Below the pieces are notes generated by a model. That model had not been told where the DNA came from and made no database searches. It was given only the letters and a program-made list of their open reading frames with translations. From contig NC_087447.1 of the NCBI RefSeq assembly GCF_036321535.1, positions 34,846,001 to 34,910,000 on the forward strand: DNA of 64,000 nucleotides, read 5' to 3'. The DNA comes from Camelus dromedarius (lineage: Eukaryota). Position numbers and translations under genes: made by a program. Within the stretch, counting starts at the first letter, position 1. Each line of letters opens with the position of its first letter. Positions 1-13,700 of this stretch are shown here, in pieces.

Positions 1-1663
1 GGCAATTTTAGGCATTTTGCTATTTTTCAGAAATTTGAGCTTTTATTTAACATTTTAATTCTAATTCACTTCCAGTCTTCTGTCCTGTTCTTGAGTGACC
101 AAGGAGTAAAATTCCTCTAATGCTTTGTCTTCTGTTATGACAAAAGCAGCTCATGCTTCTACAAAATGCTGGTAAGCAAAAGAAGGACATAGGAATACTA
201 TAATCGACCCTGAAGTGAGCAACACTCCATTTCCTTTTAGTCTTTTCTAGGCATCATTGTCGTTGCATTCTCTTTCACTCAGTGACTGAAAATGTTCAAC
301 AGGAGAGACAAGTGTCCTGCTTGTTTGGGCCTCACATTGTAGGAAACGGTGACTAAGAGTCATGAAGAAAACACAATGGAGTGACCCGGAAGAGCCAGTC
401 AGGGACATTGGAAGTGAGTCCTGAGTGACGTCTCCCGCTGGGCAACAATGTGGTATCAGAACACTTCACACAGGCACAAGCAAGAACCAGGGCTCCGGGT
501 GGGCATGAGCTTGATGTGTTCTAGAAAGAGAAAGAAGCTCAAGGGCAGTGAAGGGAAGAGATGTCAGAAGGGAGGGAATGAATCACATAATACCTCACAG
601 GCAAGGAGTGCGGGTTGCATTCTGAGAACAAGGAAAAGCCACTGGAGGGCTTGACATAGGGAGAAAAGACAGAAACCGGTTTGCTTTTTGAAAAGACCAC
701 ACTGATTGCTAGGTGAGGACGACCTGTAGGGGGACAAGAGCTGGAGTCAGGAGACCAGTTAGGAGGTTGGTCTGGCTGAAGAGACGGAGATCACAGACCA
801 ACTGAGGTGGAGCAGGAAGGCCTTGGTAATGCGCTGGGTGTGGGAGGTAAGGAGAAGGGTAGAAGAGAAGAGGACAGCAATCCGAGGGTGACACCCATTA
901 TTCCCGTGAGGAACTGGATACCACTCTTCTGGGAAAGGGAGGCGTGAAGAAGAGATTGGGGTGTGATGCGATTATTGAGCACTGTGTGTCAGCCAGGGGT
1001 CTACCACGGTATACATATAAATCATGAAGCAGGCACTGTCACAATTATCATCCTCATTTTATGAAGATGAAGAAACTGAGGCACAGAGAGGTAAAGCAAC
1101 TTGTTCAAGGTCGGACGGCTGTGTGGTAAAGCTTGACTTGAACCCAGGCACTCTAACTCTTAACCAGTGACTATATATAATCTTGCATGAATAGTGTCCA
1201 AAAACTAGAACCATACCATAGTTACTATTTTATAACTTCTTATGATTTAATTAAGTTGTTTCAACTAAAAAACACTAAGAGTAAAAATAACCAGCTCAAA
1301 ATGAATTTAGGTTTAGAAAAGGAAACAACAAAATTTCTGAAAAATGAGCAAAAATACCTCAAGATGCCAAATAGTTACAAAAATCTCCCCATTGTTCACC
1401 AAAACTAACAATTTAAAAGGTGAGCTAGGTAGGATATTTATTTTCCACCAATTGTCAATTCATTTGAATTACTGGATTGACCAATTTGCTTCCAGTCAAA
1501 TCATATGCCACCAAAGCCCTTCTCTCTCACCCTGAGGATATTTCTATGTGATAAGTAGCATTCATAGTTTAATAAAAATATCTGATTTCAGCCAATTAAT
1601 AATAGAAATAAGCACTCAGATTGGAAATGCGATAATCAGTCTTACAAAGACTAATATACACAC

Positions 1664-1797
1664 CTTGGAAACAAAGATGTCAGAAAAAACAATGTTACTA
1701 GAAGAGATCCTTTCAAAAGCCAAGAATCTGAATTGAAGTCCAGTATGTACCCAACGGCCCACATGGTAGTCACAGAAAGCATCAGCAGCAGGAAGAG
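1664..1797 (-). CDS. ZDHHC13: ZDHHC13 exon 9 (134 nt; first transmembrane segments, [45 protein letters not shown])
   Basis: ttaacag|CTC acceptor, AG|GTGTGT donor; hydrophobic translation. Confidence 0.96.
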
Positions 1798-4700
1798 CTG
1801 TTAAGAGATTCAGAATTTTGAAGGATTAACTTTATGGATTTTTATCTCCTGAGACTCTAATAATAATTAGTTCAATAGAAGAGCTACTTCCTAAATATAT
1901 TATACAATAACAATTAATACAACAGCAGAATATAGTTTTTTTTTCGAAACTGCTGATTGACAAATTTGAAGTTTGAGAAATTCCAAATCCTGCAAACAAT
2001 CTTCTAAAAGCCTTACATTTTATAAAATGTGGTTTAAACATGTTTTGTTTTGTTTTGCTTCCTTCCACTCCAAGAAATGGCAGTCTTTTAAGAAAAGTGT
2101 TCATGATAGCTGAGATTTAAAAAAAAATAATTTCTTTCAAACAGCATTATATGTAAGAAAGCATAAAGCAAGACAAAAAGACCACACAAAAATTAAAGCA
2201 CCCAAGACTCAAAGGAGAGAATACAAGAGTTCCAACCTGGGTACCAGATGGGGCTATCCCCTAATAAAGAAGGTTAGAGGGAACAACTGTGCAGAAAAGA
2301 TGAGTTTCATTTAGGGCATCTGGAATTTTAGATGCCTACTGACTAGGAAACAGCCAGGAGTCAGAAAAGCAGACCAACCATGCAGAAGAAAACTTGGTAT
2401 TCATTAGTGTACAGGTGGGAAAGTTATGAATGAACAACATCCCGAGGAGTGTGTACAGGTAGAAAGGGACAGAATTTTGGCCAGCAGAAACTTTTAAGGG
2501 GAACAAGCTACACCCAAAAAGGTAAGTAAGAAAGAGTGATCAGTGTGAGCAGAAAGGCAAGATGAGGGCAGAAGAAAGGTTCTAGTAAAGCCAGGGAAGA
2601 GAATTTCAAGAAGGGAGTGGTTCTCAGTGTCAAATGTCACATGGAGGCCAAAGACTGAGACACATCCTCAGGATGCTAATAATTCAGGTTTATTCTAGCA
2701 AAAATAAAAGAATGAAACACCCACAGATCGTCAGTGGGGCTATCTGCATTGAAGCCAGGCGCCACACCTACGCAATGCAGTTCCTTAACTGCAATATACA
2801 TGACCCTGGAAGCAAGCAGGGCTCTTGCAACAGCAAAGGAGGAAAATATATTTGCCCTATCTTCTTCAATTTTTGCTTTTCAAAGCCCTATTCTGAAGAT
2901 GGATAATTTCCCATGATATCAAACCTTTAATATGCCTCTAATTCTAATTTGCATAACAAAATGCACAAGTTTAGATTTTTTTCAAAAGGTAAACTTAGAA
3001 TCTATAAGCAACATAATCTCAGAACACAAATAAGAATTAAAGGTGGATCTCAAAATTTTAATCCCAGATATAACATTCAAAGATAAGCCACACAGTTTAC
3101 TCATTCAACAAATATTCTAGCGCATACCCTATACTAGGCACTGCTCTAGGCACTTGGAACACAATGAATTTACAATTAAATTCACTGTACAATCATGGAG
3201 CTTAAATTCCAGCAGGGGAAGACAGACAAATGTACTAAGTGAATTTTATGGTATATAAAAAGCTGGATCACACAGAGCCTTGTAAACCATTGTAAGGATT
3301 TTGGCTTTCATTCTGGGAGAAAGGGGGAGACATCACAGGACTCTGAGCAGATGAATGATAGCATGTGACTTACATTTTAAGATTCATCTGGCTGCTCTGT
3401 TGAGAAGACATCAGAGGGGAGTAGGGGCTGGGAGATGTCAGATAGCTGCAGAAATCCGCATGAAAGATAATGGTGGCTGGACCAAAGTGCCATGGTGAAG
3501 TAGTGAGAAGTGTCAGATTCTGGACATACGCCGAGGGCAGAACTAGCCATTATGTTTTTCTGATGGACTGGATACGTGGTATGACAGAGAAAAGGCAAAG
3601 ATGACTGGAGAGTGGGATGTGCTACCAACTAAGATGGGAAAAGCTGTACACAGAATAGATGGGGGCAGTGGAGAGATCAGGAGCTCAGTTTTGGATTTGT
3701 TATGCTGACAATGCTTAATGGACAGTGAACTGGATAGATCAAGTAGATAACTGAATATACAAGTCTGGAAAGGAATGAACTACAGATAACTTTGGGAGCT
3801 GTCAACATATAGATGGCTTTTAAAGCCATGGAAGCACATGAAATCACCAAGGGAATGACTACATTGAAGAGAAGTCCAAGGACAAAACCCTGGGGCACGC
3901 TACCAATAAGGGGTGGGGGGGGGGAAGCAGGGGAGTTGGCAAAGGAGGCTGAGGAGTAACTTCTCTCTCTCTCCCTCTGCATACCTAACTGCAAAACAGG
4001 TGTAGTATTCATGATGACCCTCTGCATAGAAATCTCATGCCTGTTAATTTAGAATCATTCAGGTAGGGGATTGTATAGCTTAGCAGTACAGTGCATGCTT
4101 AGCATGCACAAGGTCCTGGGCTCAATACTAAGCACCTCCATTAAAAAAAGAAAAGAATCATTCTGAAAGTATAACTACTAATTATTATCAGATAAGATGA
4201 TGCAATCTATCATGGAATTAATTCAATACCCCATTTTAACAATTTGAATTATACTCCCTGTTATGACTTAGATTGTGTTGGGCATTCATGAGAGTAAGTT
4301 GAACATCCTGACTTTTTCTATCACTCCGTTCACTTTTAACTTTAGAAGAACACCACCCAGAAGAACTGCCAAATTAAAAAAAGAATAAAATTGGGTTTCA
4401 CCTCTCGGAATTCAAATGTTTTTTATTTAATGAAGTAACACCATATGCTTGAAGTTTGCAATACTGTGATTTTTAAAAGTCTAGTTCCTCACAATTCTAA
4501 CAAAATGTTTTGAATGTTACTATCTTCCCTTTGAAAAAAATTTTAATAGGAAAAAGTTCTTTAAGAAAAGCTCCTATTAAATTTCTGTGCAACAAGGTAT
4601 TTTTCCTTTTGCTTCTCTAAGAATCTAAATCATCTGTGTTTCAGTTCACTCATTAAATACATGTGGAAGTATGCCATGATATACACAAGGTAACATGTGG

Positions 4701-7700
4701 CTTTAGAGCCATCTAGCTAAGGACCAACAATAAATTGCCAATGAAAGTGCCAAATTTCCAACTTTGGGTTATGGGATATATAGAAAAGATTTTATCAGGA
4801 GATACAATGCAGCACTAGGCCAACTCTCTGGTGCCTTAAAAAACAAAGACAAATGAACAAAACAGTTCTCACAGCCCACAGAATAGGCCCTGTATGAAAG
4901 TACCTCGCATTTCTGCAGCCACCTCCAAAGTCTGAAGTTTTTGTTGGCTCGCATTTTGGCCTCTGTTTTTAGCATGTGAATAATGAGCCGATTTCTGTTT
5001 TGCAGAGCCATATCAAGGGGTGTTTCTCCCTAAAAAAAAAAAAAAGAGAGAGCAATGTTGTGTCAATTTCTGGTGTACAGCATAAGGCTTCAGTCGTACA
5101 TGAACATACATATATTAGTTTTCATTTTCTTCGATTATATTTTTGATATAGCACAGGTGATAAACATTTTATTTAAAAAATCACCAGAATCATAGGTTCA
5201 ATGTATTTATTCCAAGGGCAGCAAACTATTATTGTTTATACCTATCTTGTGGTAACTGAAAACGTATGTATAGCTTATCTTTATGTTAATGTACCAGTCT
5301 ACTAACCGTAGATACAATAAACTAAGGGAGATAAAAACCTGGTCATACCTTAACATTTCGGATATCCAGGCTAGAACCAGCTTCTAAGAGTTTATCAACA
5401 GCATTAACATTTCCTGCTGCAACTGCCCAGTGGAGTGGAGTGTTTTGGTGTATTTTATCAACGACGTTTAGAGAAGGATTAAACTTTAAAAGAAATCCAG
5501 TTGGTTCTGGCCTGTCTCAAAACAATAAAATACCAAGGGGTATTAGAAAAATGAATGATTTGAAGGGTAAATGAAAACAATGACCCTGTCAATGAACCAG
5601 TTGGTAAGTATTCTGAAAGCTGAGGAACTTCCCTGTGCAGAGTTCTATTCTAGGTGTTAACAGGAAAGGTGCAACCTCCTTGCTCCAAGAGATATCTATT
5701 AAATGACAGTCTGCTATATAATGTAATTTTAACATTAATACAGTAGAATAATTGCTTTTGTTTTTCAAACTTTTCCTTTCATGTTGTTCTATTGGCTTTT
5801 TTTTAAACTATGAATTTAACTTTGGCCTACATTAAATGCTAAGTTATTTATCTAATTAAAAAATTAAATGTAAAACATTATATTTGTAAAGATAAACCAA
5901 AAGCTAAGTTCACATTCTCTTTCCAGCCAATTATTACATACAGTGGTATAAATACTGCCCTAAAAGATTTGTTTATCATTGAAAGTTATGGACTTGAAAG
6001 CAGAATTCAATAAAATATTTTTACTTCATCTTCAATACTTTCTCTTCTTTTGTGACTACTCAAGAGATTCCTTTAATAAAATGATATACTACTTTACTTA
6101 TTCTATCCAGATTTGTAAATGTTACACTTAACTTCAGAGTTATCATAAAAGATAACAACATGCTTTTTGACAAAATTCTATCCCCAACCCCACCACTCCA
6201 TGAACAAAAAGGAAATTGCATCAGAACTAACTCAGTTCCTAGGAAAGACGTCCTAAGTAAAAGCTGAATCAGAAATTAAGAAAACACTGGAAACAATACT
6301 GATAAAGAGCAAACTGTAGTGTGTATTTGAATAAAAGAATACCAGAAGCTGGGTAATATGGTGTTCATTAATCACATGTATGTGAAAAATAAATACACAG
6401 AAAAACTTAAATATGTACCTGATATGAACACATCAACAGACTATTTTCATAGATTAGTTACAATTAATATTTTCAGAGCAGTCAACAATGTTAGAGAATC
6501 TCAAAATTCACTGTTTTCTGGAAAGCATATTTATCATCTAGATGTCAAATTATGGGAGCATTTAAACTTGTAGCCATTCTTGAAAAATGTAAACTAAGAA
6601 CTGGAAATCATGTTAATAAGTATATGCTATGGAATCTCTACCTGTTCTGCAAAAAATTTTTTCTTATTAGCAGCTTTCAAACTTTTCCCCAAAGCTATCA
6701 GAAAAGAGAAAATTTATTTCAATGGTGCTTCTCTAACAACTCCATTAAAAGTCTATATCATAGTCACAAGATAGAAAACCTTATTTTCTTCTTCTTCAGA
6801 ATGTTGTATCATTTCACATAGACAAAGATACTTAAATTGCTAGAATCAAGGATCAGAATAAGGCAGTTCAATTAAATTCACTTACCCAAGTACTTTGTGA
6901 GCTGATAACATGAGAGGTGTCTGCCCATTCAAATCTGTCATATTCACACTCTGTTCAAAAAGAAGGGTCAATCAGCCTAACTGTAAACACAGTTCAATTT
7001 CTCCTTCCTCTCTTAGTACAAGTATCATTTTAATACATTTAAAACCACCATTGTGTCTACAAGAAGGGTTCAAATATCATTTGAATAAAAGAAGTGTTCT
7101 GCTTCACATCCATAGGGTAAAAACTGATTGATTCCTACAAAATACTTTTAAAGGGAAAATATGAATATATGACTTTAAATGTATGTTGTGAATGGGAGAG
7201 CTAAGGAAAAGAGAATAATGTTGATAATCACCATCAAAAATAAGAGACAGTAGGGACCTTAGAAGTCATCTAGTTTAGACTTTAGCTGACACATTAATTC
7301 ACACTATCATCTTTTACACAAAGTCATCCAGTCTCTGCTTAAACACTTCCAGTAATAGTGAACTCTCAGTCTTCTGCGGCAAACATGAAAAATTCTTTTC
7401 TATTTTCCAGAATATAGGGGGAAAAAAGGAAATCATATTTCGGTGAAGGTATGCTTTTAATAAAACAGAACATTTAACAAAATGGGCCCAGATTTGAGGT
7501 TTAAAATAATACCTCAACCAAGTGGAAAAAAAGAATCAATTACTGAATATTCTTATGGGCCTTGGAGGAAGGAGCCCAAAGAGAAGGAAAAAGGATGACG
7601 CCTCACACATCTTTCCAAAATGAGACCCAGGAGGTTATAATTATTCTACTCCAACTGGCTAAGTCTAAGAGAAAGTGCTTATTTAAAGAGAACACGATCA

Positions 7701-10700
7701 TTCCAACAGCATTTGTGCAAACATGTTTCCATGCCTTTACAGGCGAGCCTATTGATACATAAACTACTTGCTACCAGAAAGCATATCCCTGGCAAGTATA
7801 GTGACAGTGAAACTCCCACTGCCAACAACCTATAATTTAACTTGTGCCATAAATGGATGCCTCTTAAGGCAAGTCATTTTTCATGGAATTACTTTAGAGA
7901 ACAATAAGAAGCGCACATTCAAATTGGTCTCCATTTGGACTCAAATAATGAAAGCTAATGACGGGTTAATTGAGTGATCTGACTTCCATTTCTAGATTCA
8001 ACCAGAAGAAAAATACAGGCTTTGAAGTCACGTTTTTGAAAAACTCTGCAAATTGCTGGGATCATAAGGAAAACTATTACAGGCTTACAAGTTTCAGAAA
8101 CATCTATTACATGTTACTGAACTAAATGACCCATCCTTTTTGCTCCAATGAGGCTGGAAAAGCAGTATTCAATAGCTAGACCTACCGAGGCTAATATTTG
8201 AACATTTGGATATCTATAACTTCTACTTTAAAAATCAGGACAGACTACTAGTAATCATTCTGCAAGTCCCTCCAGATTTACAATGGCTGGACTACAAGAT
8301 AACGTTTCAAAACACACCTGTCCTTTTGAGATGAGATATGCTATAATGGGCATGCGTTGAAATAATACCGCCAGGTGGATGCTGCTGAATCCCTCTCCAT
8401 CGATGAGCGTGGGGTCCGCACCATACTGCAGTAATAATATGACCATAGGTAAATGTCCTTGTCTGTAAATAGAGGACAAAAATTATACTGTATTCTGTAG
8501 CATGCAAAAAAGAAAAAAAATTCAGGAAGAAATTAATATTCCTAAGACATGAAGGATCCTGATTAGATATAAAAAGTATTTCCTAACAGTACAGAGATTT
8601 TTAAAACACTGGAGATTCTCTAAATGTCTTAGATGTTCCAAACTTGGAACTATCTGGACAGTCCTTCTTGACTGCAGGTAATAAACTTAATAACCTCCCT
8701 ATCTACCTTAAACCTTACGTTGCTACCATGTGTAAATAATTTTATATAACTAACAGTAAAAATGGAAATTTAAAAACCACTTAGACTTCAATGTTCCTAT
8801 TTTAAAAACAAAAAATAATCATGAAGCAGATATATTGAAATATAACATTCATAGGCTGCAGGTACACTGTGATAATCTTATTCTTAGGAGCTACATATTT
8901 TTATTTGAATACAGCTCATTTCTCTGTAAAGCACTGCACTCAGCAGCTTAATGGGAATGAGCTAACCCTAGATTCCTAAAAATTCTTGGTTATGGAGAAA
9001 AGATTCAATTCCTTGCCCCCAATGAACAATTATTTACTTTAGTTTCAGGTTCATGTCAATAACACCCACCACAGAAAGTGGAGTTAAAATGAAAGATAAA
9101 AAGGAATACATGTATGTATATGTATGACTGAAACATTATGCCATTCACCAGAAATTGACACAATGTTGTAAACTGACTATGCTTCAATTAAAAAAATGGA
9201 AAAAATAAGTAAATAAAATAAAATGATATAACCATTTTGGAAAAAGAAAGTTTTTAAGTATCAAGACAGGCACTTATTAACCTCAGCTTCAGACAGCCAA
9301 TACCTATCAGAGAAAAGAACTAAGTTCACAGTTCCCTGAACTATCACAGCTACCCATATGATCAAATAAAAGAGATATTTATTTTTATCATAAAACATAA
9401 TACACATATTTGAGTTTGAACATCATAGAGGAGCCCTAAATTAAACACAAAAACATCATCTCTGGAAATTCTGTGAAACTGATTTTTTTTTTTTAAATGA
9501 AGGGAAAAAAGAGCGAGCCTTTCAAATGGTCTGTAAATGCAATTTACACTATGGACTACTAGCCATATGTAGCTATTTAAATTCAAATTAGTTAAAATTA
9601 AATAAAATTAAAACTTCAATTCCTTAGTTGCATTAGCCATACTTCACATTTCACATGTGGCTAGTGGCTACCATATCAGACATCACAGAATAGAACATTA
9701 CCATCGTCACAGAAAATTCTATTGGAAAGTGCCAGTCTGTAACATTCAGAAAATGAGTTTAAGTCACTTTTGATTTTGAACAGCAATTTCAGTGTTTAAA
9801 GAAACCTTTACCTGATGGCCCAGTGAAGAGGAGTTGAATTTAAATCTCCACCCAACTGATCTACCACAGCACCTTTTGAAATATAAAACCTGTTAAAAGC
9901 AAACATAAATAAGATTTAAAACTTTAAATTCAAACTGAGAAAGAAACATCAGTTGTTCTTAATAACAGACATATTGGAAAACAGAAAATACAGTAATAAC
10001 CACCCCCCTAAAAAACACTCAGATCTACAGAAGTCCAAAAGGTTCACACAATAGCATCAAACAGATCCCAGTGAAATACTCTTCAGCATGTAAGTAATCA
10101 CTCCTGCTGTCATGAGCATTCCATTATAACTATACACCAAACATAATAACCACTCTCTGCATGTGCAAACCACCTCAACACTCCTAAAATGGTTTATATT
10201 CAAAAGGCTCCTACCACAGATATTCTACATAACTTGCAAGAAGAAAGGTAAAATGATGTCACTTTTAACAGTTTAAAATTAGAATTACTATGTTGGAATG
10301 AATTCCAAAATTAAGTAGCAAAACATTAAGTCAAAATCCTTTCAGAAAAGTTAGACATTTTGAGAGTTTCAGTCTCCATTTGGGGGGCACAGATGGGATT
10401 ACACTATATAAAGTGAATCTTTAAGGTAAAGAGACATTTTCTTCTGTGGTTTACAGGAATTAGTTTCATGAGTTCAAAGCTGTGCTTCATATATTGTATT
10501 ACCTAAACAATACACCAGTTTATTTCCACAGAAAAGGAGTCTGCCTGTGAGTATTATGCTTCTAGTTTTCAAAAAATGTTTAATTTCATTGCCTGAAATT
10601 TATCTTTCTGAAGGGCCTCTGTGGCTTTATTTTTAATTTTCCTTTTGGGGCCCAAGAGAGTCCTGGTCCAGGCGATCTCTAAGGTCCTTTTCAACACTAT

Positions 10701-13700
10701 GATAACTAATTTACATCGCACAAAGTTTCAAGTATTCATTTACAATAAAGGATTAGAGATGGTTCAACATTCAGACTTGCATTTGAAGAAAATAGACAAA
10801 TGAAAGAGAGGTCAGAATTATAAATACACAAACAACACACATATATCCCATCTTACTTTACAAGATCCAGTCTGTTGTTAATAGCAGCCCAATGAAGAAG
10901 TGACACATTTTCTCTGTCCGGTTGCCTGACATCATATCCTGCTTCTACCAACTCCTTACATCGTTCAAAAATCCCATATCTCAAGTAAGAGGGAAAAAAA
11001 AGGCATAATTGATATCATCAAAATAATTTCAAATATCAAAATTTCTTCCTTTAAATATATCTTTATCCAATCTTTCAGGCAACATAGAAACACAATAATT
11101 AACAGATATTCATAAAGAGGATGGATTGTAAAGTCAAACAATAAAAGTAAACCTGACTAATAAGATATTGTTTATATGTGGAATCTAAAAAAAGGACACA
11201 AGTGAACTACCTACTATTTATAACTTAGATGATTAATTTCTTGAATATGTATAAGCACATTTGACTGTCCTTTATGATTGGATTACTGCATTCTGTTGAT
11301 TCTTATTTTGTGGTTGGCTTTATTCCCTTGATAACTATGAGTTTAAAAAGCTAAAGCTCTAAACTATTCTTAGAAACAATGAACAGTACATTATGTAAAT
11401 TTTAAAACGGTTTTATCTCTCAAAAAAAAAATAAATAAATCCACTGGTTCTTGAGAAAAAAAGTAAACTGGCTACCAACTGATCAGATTAATCCATTTAG
11501 AGCTGAACTTAATTTCTTAAATAAACTTTAACACTCACATTTGCTTGCCTTCAATAAATTTCATTTGACCCTCCACAAAGCCATCAGGAATGCATGGTGC
11601 TGATTCCTGACTACAGTCTTATCCCTGAATCAAACAAAGCCTGTGCAATAACCTCACAAGAAGGAAGAGACTAAAAGCAAACTTGGAATGGGATAAATTC
11701 AACAATAAAATATAGACAGGTATAGGCACAGAAAAGGAAGGAATGATTAGCCCTTCCTGAAGGCTGGAACATGATATACAAGCTATGTTTTATAGGCTGA
11801 AGGGAAGGCATTTTAGGCAGAGGGAATACCATGTACAAAAATCAGAGGTGCGAAACTGCATGATGTTCACAGAAAAAGAAGCAATTTAACACCGCAGGAG
11901 CATAAAGCATAAGAAAGGGAATGGCAAGGGATGAGGTTAGAAGAGGTAGGCAAAGGCTGCATAGGCCTTCTCTGTCATACTATGCAATTTAGACTTTACA
12001 GTTCAAGGAGAAGCCACTGAAAGTTTAAAGAGGAAAGCATTCACACTTTCAGTTCTAAGAAAGATCACATTAAGGGCAGTATGGAAGCTAATTAGAGGAG
12101 AGTGAGGCCAAGACTGAGAGACCAGTTTAGAGGCTCTTGCAACAAATACAGGTGAGAAGCAATTGGAGCCTAAAGTAAGAGAGGCAACAGGAATGGAAAA
12201 GGAGGGATAGACTTAAGAGGTTATTTAAGAGAGTTATTTAACTGACTATCAGAATGAAAAACAGAAGAGAAATACCTCTTTTCAATGCTATAATAATAGT
12301 TAAAACCATTCATTAGCACTAATTCTTCTCAACAGAAACTACTGAGTCCCATCAGACCATTTAGCATTTTCTTCAAAACTTACTTCTATTTAGCAGGACC
12401 TGAAAGTTTCAGTACACGCTCAAGGGTCAAAATCAAGCCAAGTGGCACAACTGTCTGTTTCCCTCACTGTTAAATAATTTCTGCCTCACCAAAACACGTG
12501 TGCATGTCTGTCTGTCTGTCTTTATGTCATTTTTTAAAAGACAGAGATACCCATTTGACAATGTTAAGTGAAAATAATAAGAGAATGAATTGTTGATAAT
12601 GATACCTATATTTATATTCTCCACTTTTTAAATGAAATACTCCCTTCACGTGAGAAATATAAAAGGAGTACATACTAATTAGGATTTTGGTGGTTTAGAA
12701 AACACACAAACACCTATTCTAGCTAGCTCTCTTTTGCCCTTCCCAAATACTACCTAAATATCTTCCCATAACCACTTGAGAAGGTCCAAGATTGGAAGAA
12801 TGTTTTAGGAAAGATATTTAATGAGTTTTTACTGAGATTTCCTGTGAATATAACCTAATATCTCATATTATCATAAAAGAGCTTTACTGGTAGCAGAGAA
12901 ACACTTAAATGTTTCCATTCTAGTTAAAGCAAATAATCTATTTACCTTGAGAACACTCTCATCTTCATATAAATATAAAAACATAAACAATATCAAATCA
13001 TATTCACCTAAAGTAGTGGTTCCCAGGGCCTCTAGATTTCATATAATTTAGTAATTAGAAAATTCAAATAACTGTCAATTATTTTTTAACCAACAAAATA
13101 CATTAGTCTACAGTAAAGCCAAACAGGTTAACTAATCACCAAACATCTTTGCTTTTGACAGAAATTATATCAAGTTAGTGCAGTAACATTAGTTTCTTTC
13201 ATGCAGATTAGAAGCTCTGATGAGGTTTATATTTAATTACTAAGAAAATGGATTACTAATTAACATAGTCTGACAGACAAAATATTTCAAAATATGTTCA
13301 GTGGCAAGAGGTAGGGTAGATGTTAATAATCAGTGAGATCCACGAGGGTGAAAATGCTGGAAATGACTTAATGCAAATAGCCACAAATGGAGATCTTAAG
13401 GGGGAAACTTTCAAAATACACTTCATTTTCAGTGCACGCAGAACAATCCACTATCGTTTCAAGTGGTCAGAAAACCTATTTCTATTTTAGTGACTTTCTT
13501 CTAGTGCACCCAGCACAACCGGTATAGGAAAAGTACTCCATAAATAAATGTTTAAAATACCCACACACGTGTGAGTTGATATTTTTGTATCCCACCTTCA
13601 TATTTAGATTGTAGTACATTTTAAAAGACTCAGATTTATGTTTCAAAGTCAAAGTCTAGTTCTAGTGTCATTTAAAGTCATTTATTCACTCAACAAACAT

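Noticed and set aside
2660..2920. Unique-looking intron 8 segment with a 7-bp inverted repeat (tgcattg...caatgca): possible ncRNA or cryptic exon
   Set aside because: Stem too short, no C/D or H/ACA boxes at proper spacing, and no strong splice-site pair.
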